Below, in pieces: positions 49,633 through 58,729 of a stretch of DNA of 64,000 nucleotides (position 1 is the stretch's first letter; each line of letters opens with the position of its first letter). This DNA is from Acidimicrobiales bacterium (GTDB lineage: Bacteria; Actinomycetota; Acidimicrobiia; Acidimicrobiales; VFJN01): the NCBI GenBank assembly GCA_040902805.1, contig JBBDWQ010000019.1, positions 65,774 through 129,773 of the forward strand, in the 5' to 3' direction. A program made the position numbers and the translations under genes. The notes beneath the pieces are model-generated. The model was given only the letters and a program-made list of their open reading frames with translations, was not told the origin of the DNA and made no database searches.

Positions 49633-49695
49633 CAACCAACGTCTGTGAACGCCCACGTCCGTCATGCGGACGGTTCGCTTCACAGATGTTGGTTG
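49633..49695. terminator. Two-tier hairpin between convergent genes (17-bp outer stem, 6-bp inner stem)
   Basis: CAACCAACGTCTGTGAA pairs with TTCACAGATGTTGGTTG (one G-U pair). The inner stem is CGTCCG-tcatg-CGGACG. It lies 8 nt after the + gene stop and 9 nt after the - gene stop. Confidence 0.6.
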
Positions 49696-49703
49696 TTGTG
49701 GTG

Positions 49704-51809
49704 CTAGTAGGCCAAGAGGGCTCTGGCTGCCTCGGCGATGTCGGAGACCTGGGGGAGGATGGCCTGCTCGAGCACGGGCGCGTAGGCGACGTGGGTGTCG
49801 AGGGCACCGACGCGGCGAACCGGTGCATCGAGGTGCTCGAACACCTCGCTGGCAATCCACGCCGCGACCTCGGCGCCGAACCCGCCCGTGAGCACATCCT
49901 CGTGGACGACGAGAGCACGACTCGTGCGGCGGACCGAGGAGCCGACGAGGTCCATGTCCCACGGGGACAACGTGCGGAGGTCGATCACCTCCACGGAGCC
50001 GGCGCCGTCCGTCTCCAGTTGGGCCGCCGCCTCGAGGCTCTTCTGCACGGTGGCCCCCCATGTGATGAGCGTGAGGTGCTCGCCCGGCCGGCGGATTTCG
50101 CCGTGGCCGAACGGGAGCACCCAGTCCGGCTCAGGGAACGGATCGCTTGCGTAGGGCTGTCGAAGGAGGTGCTTGTGCTCGAGGAACATCACCGGGTCTT
50201 CACATCGGAATGCGTAGCGAAGCAAGCCAGCAGCGTCGCGGGCTCGGGATGGAAACGCGATGAGCAGCCCAGGCACATGGGCGAAGATCGACTCGCCGCA
50301 CTGGCTGTGCCAGATGGCGCCACCAGTGAGGTAGCCGCCGATTGGGACGCGGATCACGGTGGGACAGGTGAAGGTGCCGTTCGAGCGCCAGCGGATCGTG
50401 GCCGCCTCGCTCTTGATCTGGTGCATCGCGGGCCAGATGTAATCGAAGAACTGGATCTCCGGTGCGGGCCGCAGCCCTCGTATGGCCTGCCCGACGGCCC
50501 GCCCGATGATGTTTGCCTCAGCGAGGGGAGTGTTGAAGCAGCGGGCTTCGCCGAAGCGCCGTTGCAACCCGCGCGTGGTGCCGAACACGCCACCTTTGCC
50601 TTCGAGGTCAGCGAGCAACGCCTCGCGAGCGTCGGCGACGTCTTCGCCGAACACGCGGATCCGCTCGTCGGCTTCCATGACCTCATGCAGGGTGCGAGTG
50701 ATGGCCTCGCCGAACATGACGACCTCGCCATCGGTTGACGGTGCCCCCGGCACCTGGACATCGGGGAGTGCGTACACGTGCTGGGTCGCCGACTCTGGCT
50801 TCGGTGTCGGCGCCGCCATAGCGGTCTTGGCCGCCAGCGCGACCTCCGCCGCTGCTTCGGTCTGGATCTGATCGGCCTGATCATCGGTGAGGGCACCGGC
50901 CCCGATGAGGGCAGTGCGCAGCAGCAGGATCGGATCGTGGGCGGCTTCGTCCGCAAGCTCATCGGCCGTTCGGTACTTGCTCTGGGTGTCAGCAGCGGAG
51001 TGCGAGTAGGGGCGTGTGACGGTCGCATGCACCAATGCGGGTCCGGTGCCGGCACGTACGTGAGCCACGGCTCGGGCGCCGACCCGGTGGGCCTCGAAGT
51101 AGTCGCGGGCGTCGACTTTGTAGATGTTCAGCCCTCGGAAGCCGCGCACGAGCTCCGAGATGGGGGCGGGCGACTGGTCCACCTGCGGTACGGAGATGGC
51201 GTATCCGTTGTCGGCGACGACGAACAGCACCGGGAGGTGCAGCGTGCACGCGGTGTTCAGGCTCTCCCAGAACTCGCCCTCGGAGGTTGCTCCTTCGCCG
51301 AGCGATACGTAGGTGAGCTCGTCACCCTGCGCCTCGCATCCGGGTAGGCCGGGTCGCCGGGAGATGTACCGAGCGGCTTCCGCTGAGCCAACCGCACCTA
51401 GGCACTGGGATCCGGTGCAGGAGGACTGGGTGACGATGTGCTTGGCCTGATCGCCCCAGTGGGCAGGCATCTGGCGTCCACCGGATGCCGGGTCATCGGC
51501 TGATCCGACGGCCTGGAGCAGCACCTCGGTGGGAGTGACGCCGAGGCCCAACACGAGGGCGAGGTCCCGGTAGTAGGGGAAGAACCAGTCGTAGCCGGGG
51601 CGGAGGTGACGGGCTAGGGCGAGGAGGAGCGCCTCGTGCCCGGCTCCAGAGATCTGGAAGAACACCCGGCTTTGCTTCTGGAGTGCCATCTCGCGGTCAT
51701 CGATGGCCCGCGAGATGCAGGCGGTGCGGTAGTCGTCCAGGGCGTGCTCGACCGGCACCCCTCGTAGGGTGGGCGGTGAGACGGGCGCTCGTCTGGGCAT
51801 CGCGGCCAC
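49704..51809 (-). CDS. TPP-dependent 2-oxoacid dehydrogenase E1 component, fused alpha+beta subunits
   Basis: The N-half is E1-alpha-like (SLGEGATSEGEFWESLN). The C-half is E1-beta-like (VFGEDVADA, RCFNTPLAEANIIG). 701 aa. Confidence 0.85.
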   Translation of the reverse strand: MAAMPRRAPVSPPTLRGVPVEHALDDYRTACISRAIDDREMALQKQSRVFFQISGAGHEALLLALARHLRPGYDWFFPYYRDLALVLGLGVTPTEVLLQAVGSADDPASGGRQMPAHWGDQAKHIVTQSSCTGSQCLGAVGSAEAARYISRRPGLPGCEAQGDELTYVSLGEGATSEGEFWESLNTACTLHLPVLFVVADNGYAISVPQVDQSPAPISELVRGFRGLNIYKVDARDYFEAHRVGARAVAHVRAGTGPALVHATVTRPYSHSAADTQSKYRTADELADEAAHDPILLLRTALIGAGALTDDQADQIQTEAAAEVALAAKTAMAAPTPKPESATQHVYALPDVQVPGAPSTDGEVVMFGEAITRTLHEVMEADERIRVFGEDVADAREALLADLEGKGGVFGTTRGLQRRFGEARCFNTPLAEANIIGRAVGQAIRGLRPAPEIQFFDYIWPAMHQIKSEAATIRWRSNGTFTCPTVIRVPIGGYLTGGAIWHSQCGESIFAHVPGLLIAFPSRARDAAGLLRYAFRCEDPVMFLEHKHLLRQPYASDPFPEPDWVLPFGHGEIRRPGEHLTLITWGATVQKSLEAAAQLETDGAGSVEVIDLRTLSPWDMDLVGSSVRRTSRALVVHEDVLTGGFGAEVAAWIASEVFEHLDAPVRRVGALDTHVAYAPVLEQAILPQVSDIAEAARALLAY

Positions 51810-51994
51810 GGTAGACCCACGATTGCGGCCCTGACGGGACGTCCTGGTACCCTGGAAGGGTCCTCTGTGGGCGCAACCGCGCGCGCAGGGGTGTTCCGCT
51901 CAACGAACCGCCAGCGGCTCTGACCATGTGTCATCCCAGCGATCGAGCGAGCCGGGCCCCAGTTCCCACCTCCCGATTCGGAGAACCCCAACGA

Positions 51995-52267
51995 ATGTCT
52001 GAGCAGATCGACAAGGCCAAAGCCGGCATCATCGAGGAGCATCGCCTCCACGACACCGACACCGGCAGCCCTGAGGTCCAGATCGCGATCCTCACCAAGC
52101 GGATCAACCATCTGAACGAGCACCTCCAGAAGCACAAGAAGGACCACCACAGCCGGCGCGGCCTGCTGATGCTGGTGGGCCAGCGACGGCGGCTCCTCGA
52201 CTACGTCCGCAAGAACGACGTCGAGCGCTACCGAGGCATCATCGCCAAGATGGGCTTGCGCCGCTGA
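51995..52267 (+). CDS. rpsO: 30S ribosomal protein S15
   Basis: Carries [37 protein letters not shown]. Confidence 0.95.
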   Translation: MSEQIDKAKAGIIEEHRLHDTDTGSPEVQIAILTKRINHLNEHLQKHKKDHHSRRGLLMLVGQRRRLLDYVRKNDVERYRGIIAKMGLRR

Positions 52268-52276
52268 CAACCGATC

Positions 52277-52313
52277 TGCACCCCGGGCGGTCCATCGAGG
52301 ACCGCCCGCTGCA
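52277..52313 (+). terminator. rpsO-distal hairpin (perfect 9-10-bp GC stem GGGCGGTCC/GGACCGCCC, 5-nt loop, extended by TGCA/TGCA)
   Basis: An inverted repeat starts 10 nt after the rpsO stop and has no U-tract. It is a candidate terminator and/or processing site at the start of the pnp leader. Confidence 0.55.
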
Positions 52314-52465
52314 CATCTAGCGACAACCAATCATCACGGCGGCATGACGGTCAGCTGCCAGTTGCCGATCCCCGAGGGGTGCATCCTTCGGAGGTCGCCA
52401 ACTGGGAACTGGCCAGCCGCCCAACCCGGCCATGGGGAGTCCCAGGCCGGCAAAGGAGACAACAC

Positions 52466-54913
52466 ATGGCTGACGCCATCACCGTGTCGGGGCCGATCTC
52501 CGGCACCGACAAGACCCTCACGTTCGAGACCGGCAAGCTGGCCTTCCAGAGCCAGGGCGCCGTTGTGGCGTCCATCGCCGGCACCAGCGCCCTCGTCACG
52601 GCCAACGCGGCCAAGAGCGCGCGCGAGGGCATGGACTTCTTCCCGCTCACCGTCGACGTCGAGGAGCGCATGTACGCCGCGGGCCGCATCCCTGGCAGCT
52701 TCTTCCGACGAGAGGGTCGTCCCACCGACGCGGCCGTTCTGGCGTGCCGGCTCATCGACCGTCCGCTGCGTCCGAGCTTCGCGGAGGGCTTCCGCAACGA
52801 GACCCAGGTCGTCGCCACGATCATCGGTCACGACCGCGAGAACCCCTACGACGTGCTGGCCATCAACGGCGCCTCGGCGGCCCTGTCCATCTCGGGCATC
52901 CCGTTCTACGGCCCGCTCGGCGCCGTGCGCATCGCCTACAGCGCTGAGGGGACGTGGATCCCGCATCCCACCTTCGAAGAGGTGGAGGACAGCACCTTCG
53001 AGCTCATCGTGGCCGGCCGAGGCGTGGGTGACGACGTGGCCATCATGATGGTCGAGGCCGGTGGCACCGAAAAGGCGTGGGATCACTACGAAGCCGGCGC
53101 GCCGAAGGTCACCGAAGAGGTCATCGCTGATGGTCTCGATGCCTGCAAGGTGTGGATCAAGGAGTCGATCGAGCTGCAGAAGGAGCTCATCGCCAAGGTC
53201 GAAGCCGGCCGAGGCATCATCCCGTTGCCCTTCACTCCGGTGCTCGACTACCAGCAGGACGTCTACGACAAGGTCGAGGCCCTCGCGGGCGATGCCCTCG
53301 GTCAGGCCGGCACCATCGCCGCCAAGGCTGAGCGCAACGCCGCCACCGACGCGGCCATCGCCGTCGCTGTCGAGGGCATGGGCGAGGAGTTCGCTGGTCG
53401 CATCAAGGAGATCAAGGAGGCGGCTCGCAGCATCCAGAAGGGCCGCATCCGTGCCCGCACGGTGAACGAGGGCATTCGCATCGACGGCCGTGGCCCGGCG
53501 GATCTCCGCACGGTCACCTCCGAGGTCGGTGTGATCGGCTCGGCGCACGGAACCGGCCTGTTCCAGCGGGGCGAGACGCAGGTGCTGTCGGTCCTCACGC
53601 TCGGCATGCCAAAGATGGACCAGCTGCTCGACAACCTGGGCGACAAGCCCAAGAAGCGCTACATGCACCACTACAACATGCCGCCCCACGCCAACGGCGA
53701 GACGGGTCGCGTGGGCACCCCCAAGCGTCGTGAGATCGGCCACGGCCTCCTCGCCGAGCGGGCGCTGCTCCCGGTGGTGCCCTCGCTCGAGGAGTGGGCG
53801 TACACGCTGCGAGTGGTGTCAGAGGTGCTGAGCTCCAACGGCTCCACCTCCATGGGCTCGGTCTGCGGTTCGACCCTCGCGCTGATGGACGGCGGTGTGC
53901 CGATCAAGGCACCGGTCGCCGGCATCGCGATGGGCCTCATCTACGACGGTGGCAAGTACACCACCCTGACCGACATCCTCGGCACCGAAGATGCCTTCGG
54001 CGACATGGACTTCAAGGTCGCCGGTACGAGCGAGTTCGTGACGGCGCTGCAGCTCGACACCAAGATCGATGGCCTCCCGGCTGACGTCTTGGCCCAGGCT
54101 CTCCAGCAGGCCAAGGAAGCTCGCCTGACGATCCTCGAGGTCATGGGCAAGGCCATCGCCGAGCCCCGCGCCGAGGTCGGCGACACCGCTCCCAAGGTCG
54201 TGAGCTTCGAGATCCCGATCGACAAGATTGGCGAGGTCATCGGGCCGAAGGGCAAGGTCATCAACGCCATCCAGGCCGAGACCGGCGCAGACATCTCCGT
54301 CGACGACGACGGCATGGTCGGCACCGTCACCATCGGTAGCGTCGACAAGGGCGCCATCGATGAGGCCGAGCGCCAGATCAAGCTCATCCTCAACCCGCCG
54401 ACGGCTGACGTCGGTGCGGTGTACCCGGGGCGGGTCGTGAACATCACCAAGTTCGGTGCGTTCGTGAACATCCTCCCGGGCCGTGACGGCCTGCTCCACA
54501 TCTCCAAGATCGGGCAGGGCAAGCGCATCGACCGGGTCGAGGATGTCTTCAGCCTTGGCGATGAGGTCGAGGTCAAGGTTGACGATGTCGACCCGAACGG
54601 CAAGGTGTCGCTGAGCCTCGCCGGCGCGGTGGAGATCCCCGACAGCGCCGTTTCCAGCGGTGGCGGCGGTCGTGATCGTGATCGCGATCGCGGCCCCCGT
54701 GACCGTGGCCCGCGTGAGAGCCGGGGCGAGAGCCGGAGCGAGAGCAGGGCTCCCCGCGAGGAGGCCTCCAGCGGTGGCGACACCGTGTCCTTCGAGGACG
54801 CCTTCGAGGCAGAGGCTCGCCAGGAGTTCGGCGACCTTGGCCCGTCCACCGGCGGTGACGGTGGCGGCGGTCGTGGTGGCGAGTCACGCGGCCGTCGCGG
54901 CGGCCGGCGGTAG
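52466..54913 (+). CDS. pnp: Polyribonucleotide nucleotidyltransferase (PNPase) with Arg/Gly/Asp-rich C-terminal tail
   Basis: Has two RNase PH domains (FFRREGRPT; GSSMGSVCG-like STSMGSVCG), KH (IGEVIGPKGKVINAIQ) and S1 (GRVVNITKFGAFVNILPGRDGLLHIS). Confidence 0.95.
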   Translation: MADAITVSGPISGTDKTLTFETGKLAFQSQGAVVASIAGTSALVTANAAKSAREGMDFFPLTVDVEERMYAAGRIPGSFFRREGRPTDAAVLACRLIDRPLRPSFAEGFRNETQVVATIIGHDRENPYDVLAINGASAALSISGIPFYGPLGAVRIAYSAEGTWIPHPTFEEVEDSTFELIVAGRGVGDDVAIMMVEAGGTEKAWDHYEAGAPKVTEEVIADGLDACKVWIKESIELQKELIAKVEAGRGIIPLPFTPVLDYQQDVYDKVEALAGDALGQAGTIAAKAERNAATDAAIAVAVEGMGEEFAGRIKEIKEAARSIQKGRIRARTVNEGIRIDGRGPADLRTVTSEVGVIGSAHGTGLFQRGETQVLSVLTLGMPKMDQLLDNLGDKPKKRYMHHYNMPPHANGETGRVGTPKRREIGHGLLAERALLPVVPSLEEWAYTLRVVSEVLSSNGSTSMGSVCGSTLALMDGGVPIKAPVAGIAMGLIYDGGKYTTLTDILGTEDAFGDMDFKVAGTSEFVTALQLDTKIDGLPADVLAQALQQAKEARLTILEVMGKAIAEPRAEVGDTAPKVVSFEIPIDKIGEVIGPKGKVINAIQAETGADISVDDDGMVGTVTIGSVDKGAIDEAERQIKLILNPPTADVGAVYPGRVVNITKFGAFVNILPGRDGLLHISKIGQGKRIDRVEDVFSLGDEVEVKVDDVDPNGKVSLSLAGAVEIPDSAVSSGGGGRDRDRDRGPRDRGPRESRGESRSESRAPREEASSGGDTVSFEDAFEAEARQEFGDLGPSTGGDGGGGRGGESRGRRGGRR

Positions 54914-54921
54914 CCGAATCT

Positions 54922-54972
54922 GGTTCTCTGCGCACTGAGGCACGCATGTCGTGCCTCAGCGCGCACAGAACC
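54922..54972 (+). terminator. Long hairpin after pnp (21 of 23 positions paired, 5-nt loop)
   Basis: GGTTCTCTGCGCACTGAGGCACG-catgt-CGTGCCTCAGCGCGCACAGAACC lies between the pnp stop (54913) and the dapB ATG (54990). Confidence 0.6.
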
Positions 54973-54989
54973 TGTTCTACGCTTCGACC

Positions 54990-55775
54990 ATGATTCGAGT
55001 CGGGGTGTTCGGTGCGGCAGGAAGAATGGGCCGCACCGTGTGCGAAGCCGTTGTCGCCGATCCCGACCTCGAGCTGGTCGCCGCGGTCGATCCGTTGCAC
55101 GCAGGCCTCGATCTGCGACATGTGGCGAAGGTGGCCACCGACCTGCATGTTGCGCCGAGCGCGGACGCGCTCGTAGATGCCGGTGCCGAGGTGGTCGTCG
55201 ACTTCACGGTGCTGGACGCGGCGCGCGAGAACCTCGAGTTTGCGGCGCGCCAGGGCATTCACGCCGTCGTCGGGACGACAGGTTTCACCGATGCAGACCT
55301 CAAGCGCATCGAAGCCGACTTCACGTCAAGCAACTGCTTGATCGCCCCGAACTTTGCCATCGGCGCCGTGCTGATGATGCGGTTTGCCGAAATGGCGGCG
55401 CCCTGGTTCGAGACGGCGGAGGTGATCGAGCTCCATCACGACCAGAAGGTCGACACGCCATCGGGGACCGCGATGCTGACGGTCGAGCGCATGGCCGCAG
55501 CATCGGCGGACTGGGCTCCGGATCCGACAGAGCGCGAGACCATCGCTGGCGCACGCGGCGCGAAGGGCCCTGGCGGCATTCCGGTGCACTCCGTTCGCCT
55601 GCGAGGCCTCGTGGCCCATCAGGAGGTGCTCCTCGGCACCACGGGGCAGAGTCTCAGCATCCGCCACGACAGCTACGACCGGTCGAGCTTCATGCCAGGG
55701 GTCATCTTGGCCGTGAAACAGGTCGCGGACCGCCCGGGGCTCACCGTTGGTCTCGACGCCCTCCTCGACCTGTAG
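54990..55775 (+). CDS. dapB: 4-hydroxy-tetrahydrodipicolinate reductase
   Basis: Carries MIRVGVFGAAGRMG, ELHHDQKVDTPSGTA and HSVRL. Confidence 0.95.
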   Translation: MIRVGVFGAAGRMGRTVCEAVVADPDLELVAAVDPLHAGLDLRHVAKVATDLHVAPSADALVDAGAEVVVDFTVLDAARENLEFAARQGIHAVVGTTGFTDADLKRIEADFTSSNCLIAPNFAIGAVLMMRFAEMAAPWFETAEVIELHHDQKVDTPSGTAMLTVERMAAASADWAPDPTERETIAGARGAKGPGGIPVHSVRLRGLVAHQEVLLGTTGQSLSIRHDSYDRSSFMPGVILAVKQVADRPGLTVGLDALLDL

Positions 55776-55783
55776 CCGCAGCG

Positions 55784-56350
55784 ATGCCGGTTGCTCCCAT
55801 CATCTACGTCCGACATGCGATGGCCATCCCGACCGAGTCGGTCCACCCAACGGCGTGGCACCTCGATGACCGAGGACGTGACGACGCTCAGCGTCTTGCC
55901 GATCGGCTCGAGGTGGCCCCGGGCATTGGGACGCTGGTGACCAGCACCGAGCCCAAGGCCACTGAGACGGCCGCTGCGATCGGCGCGCGTTGGCAAGCGG
56001 TCCCGATCGAGGATGACCGCCTGCGGGAGGTCGGGAGACCATGGATCGGCCCCGGCTACCGTGCCGTGGCGCATCGCTACCTCCGCGGCGAGCTTCCTGA
56101 GGACTGGGAGGCCCACCGCGAGGTCGCGGCCCGAATGTCGGACGCCGTGAGCGACGCGGTTGCATCAGCGGCGGGACAGCCGGTCGTGGTCGTGAGCCAT
56201 GGGCTGGCGCTGGCCGTGCATCTCGGGGACCGCCTTGGCGACGGCTTCGACCGACAGTCGTTCTGGAGCGGGCTCGCCTTCCCGGACGCCTGGGTGCTCG
56301 ACGCCTCAGGGATGTTGCACCGCTCATCGGCGAGCGCCGACGCACCATAG
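55784..56350 (+). CDS. Histidine phosphatase (phosphoglycerate-mutase-like) family protein
   Basis: Carries IIYVRHAMA (RH motif) and VVVVSHGLAL. It is the last 188 aa of the 436-aa ORF-track entry, whose N-part overlaps dapB out of frame. Confidence 0.75.
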   Translation: MPVAPIIYVRHAMAIPTESVHPTAWHLDDRGRDDAQRLADRLEVAPGIGTLVTSTEPKATETAAAIGARWQAVPIEDDRLREVGRPWIGPGYRAVAHRYLRGELPEDWEAHREVAARMSDAVSDAVASAAGQPVVVVSHGLALAVHLGDRLGDGFDRQSFWSGLAFPDAWVLDASGMLHRSSASADAP

Positions 56351-56352
56351 GG

Positions 56353-57039
56353 TCAGCCGATGGGCTCCGGATCGTCAGGTTCGAGGTCGTCGTCAAGGTG
56401 CAACACAGCTTCGATCTCGCTGTCGCCTCGTCGCACCTCCCACAGGCTTGTAGCCGCCACGAGGGCCACCGACACGACGAGTAGGGGGATCCGGTAGTCG
56501 CGTAGGAACCCGAGGAGGTCCTGGATCGGCGCGTCGAACGCCTCGCCCACGCGGCGGATCAGATACAGGCGGACAACTGTCCCGGCCAGATTTGCTGCAA
56601 AGAACGCCGACACGCTCATGCCCGCCGCGCCGGCGAGGAGGCACACGATGTTGTTGGGCGCGACGAACACCAGCAGCAACCCGGCCTTCCCGAACCAGGT
56701 CTCCATCTGGCGCATCGTGCTGCCGAAGCTCCGCGTCCTGCGCTCCATCCACTGCACGGCGGTCTCGCCGTACCAGTACCCAAGCAGGAAGAACAGTGGG
56801 TCGCTGAGCAGCAGTCGCAGCGTGGCAACGCCGTAGAAGCTCAGGGCGTCGAGCTGGTTGGTCACGAGGACGAGGTTTCGGTTGCGCGCGTTGAGCGCAA
56901 TCAGCGTCAGAGGGTGTGTGGTGGCGAGCGTGGTTGCGAGCGCATCGCCAACGTTCGACGCGATGATCAGCACCACGATTGGCGCGATGAGCAGCGTGAG
57001 GCGGTGGCGAGGGGTTCCCACAGCCGATGAGTCTGGCAT
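56353..57039 (-). CDS. DedA/VTT-family membrane protein
   Basis: Multi-TM protein with the LLGYWYG motif. It is convergent with the upstream gene, with only 2 nt between the stops. Confidence 0.7.
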   Translation of the reverse strand: MPDSSAVGTPRHRLTLLIAPIVVLIIASNVGDALATTLATTHPLTLIALNARNRNLVLVTNQLDALSFYGVATLRLLLSDPLFFLLGYWYGETAVQWMERRTRSFGSTMRQMETWFGKAGLLLVFVAPNNIVCLLAGAAGMSVSAFFAANLAGTVVRLYLIRRVGEAFDAPIQDLLGFLRDYRIPLLVVSVALVAATSLWEVRRGDSEIEAVLHLDDDLEPDDPEPIG

Positions 57040-57088
57040 CTCCTAGTCTGCGGTCGGACGCCGTCGACGATTCCAGGGGGAACAGATC

Positions 57089-58720
57089 ATGCAGGGCCTC
57101 ATGCAGAACGTGCCGCTCACAGTGCCCCACCTCTTCGAGAGGGCGGAGCGGCTGTTCTTCGACAAGGAGGTGGTGACGTCCACCGCAGTGGGCATCGAGC
57201 GCACCAACTACGGCACCTGGGCCGAGCGCAGTCGCCGACTCGGCGGCGTGCTCGACGATCTCGGCGTCGGCGACGGCGGGCGGGTTGCCACCTTCGGCTG
57301 GAACACCGCTCGGCACCTCGAGCTCTACTTCGCAATCCCCTGCACCAATCGGGTGCTGCACACCCTCAACATCCGGTTGTTCCCGGAGCAGCTCGTCTAC
57401 ATCGTCAACCACGCAGAGGACGAAGTGATCTTCGTCGACCGATCGCTCCTTGGGCTCCTGTGGCCTCTGGTGGATCAGTTCGAGACGGTGCGTCACTTCG
57501 TGGTGATGGACGATGGCAAGGGCGAGGTACCGAGCCCCGACGGGGGTCGGCCGATCCATGATTACGAGGATCTCCTGGCCGAGGCATCGCCGGTCGCGTT
57601 CCGGGTGGATGACGAGAACCGCGCGGCGGCCATGGCCTACACGAGCGGCACAACGGGAAACCCGAAGGGCGTCGTCTACTCCCATAGGTCCACCTACCTG
57701 CACACGCTGGGCACGATGACCAGCGGCAGCCTGGGAGTGATGGAGAGCGACGTCATCTTGCCCGTCGTTCCCATGTTCCACGCCAACGCCTGGGGTTTGG
57801 CTCACGCTGCGGTCGCATCGGGCGCCAGCCTGGTCATGCCCGGACCCGATCTGTCCGCACCGGCGATCGCTACGCTCATCGAGCGCGAGCGCGTCACCAT
57901 CGCGGCTGGGGTACCCACGATCTGGATGGGGGTACTGCCCGAGCTCAAGGGGCGGGATACCTCGTCGTTGCGCGCCATCCCGTGCGGGGGCTCGGCGGTA
58001 CCGCGGGCGCTGTCTGAGGGGTACCGTCTCCAGACTGGGTTGCCGATCATGCAGGCGTGGGGGATGACCGAGACCAGCCCGATCGCGTCGGTGGGCCGAA
58101 TCAAGTCCACCATCGATGCCGCGCTCGATGATGAGGGGCGGGCCGATTTGCGAACAACCGTTGGCCAGCCCTCGGTCTGCGTCGACGCTCGCATCGTGCG
58201 CCCTGGGAGCACCGACGAGCTGCCATGGGACGGCGAGGGCTCTGGCGAGCTGCAGGTGCGAGGGCCGTGGATCGCATCCGAGTACTACAACGACGAGCGG
58301 TCACCGGAGAGCTTCACCGAGGACGGTTGGCTGAAGACCGGTGACGTCGCAGTGATCGACGCCCACGGCTACATACGACTGGTCGACCGGACCAAGGACG
58401 TGATCAAGTCGGGCGGGGAGTGGATCTCCTCGGTCGACCTCGAGAACGAGCTCATGGGCCACCCAAAGGTCGCCGAAGCGGCGGTGATCGGCGTCGCTCA
58501 CCCCAAGTGGGCGGAGCGCCCGCTCGCCTGCGTCGTGACGAAACCCGGGGAGGAGCTCACCAAGGACGACATCCTGACCTACCTCGATGGCAGGGTTGCG
58601 AAGTGGTGGCTCCCCGACGATGTCGTGTTCGTGGACGAGATCCCCAAGACCAGCGTCGGTAAGTTCTCCAAGAAGGACCTGCGCGACAAGTTCGCTGACT
58701 ACGAGCTGCCGACCATCTGA
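57089..58720 (+). CDS. Long-chain-fatty-acid--CoA ligase / AMP-dependent synthetase
   Basis: Has the AMP-binding motif [12 protein letters not shown], plus GWLKTGD and KSGGEWISS. Confidence 0.9.
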   Translation: MQGLMQNVPLTVPHLFERAERLFFDKEVVTSTAVGIERTNYGTWAERSRRLGGVLDDLGVGDGGRVATFGWNTARHLELYFAIPCTNRVLHTLNIRLFPEQLVYIVNHAEDEVIFVDRSLLGLLWPLVDQFETVRHFVVMDDGKGEVPSPDGGRPIHDYEDLLAEASPVAFRVDDENRAAAMAYTSGTTGNPKGVVYSHRSTYLHTLGTMTSGSLGVMESDVILPVVPMFHANAWGLAHAAVASGASLVMPGPDLSAPAIATLIERERVTIAAGVPTIWMGVLPELKGRDTSSLRAIPCGGSAVPRALSEGYRLQTGLPIMQAWGMTETSPIASVGRIKSTIDAALDDEGRADLRTTVGQPSVCVDARIVRPGSTDELPWDGEGSGELQVRGPWIASEYYNDERSPESFTEDGWLKTGDVAVIDAHGYIRLVDRTKDVIKSGGEWISSVDLENELMGHPKVAEAAVIGVAHPKWAERPLACVVTKPGEELTKDDILTYLDGRVAKWWLPDDVVFVDEIPKTSVGKFSKKDLRDKFADYELPTI

Positions 58721-58729
58721 TCGAAGGGC

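Noticed and set aside
49686-50738. A 350-aa + strand ORF opposite the E1 dehydrogenase gene.
   Set aside because: The minus-strand frame has clear E1 alpha and beta motifs over its full 701 aa. The + ORF begins inside the terminator hairpin and has no recognisable features.
55040-55783. The N-terminal part of a 436-aa ORF overlapping dapB.
   Set aside because: It is out of frame with dapB and Arg/Gly-rich. A clean ATG at 55784 starts the histidine-phosphatase domain right after the dapB stop.
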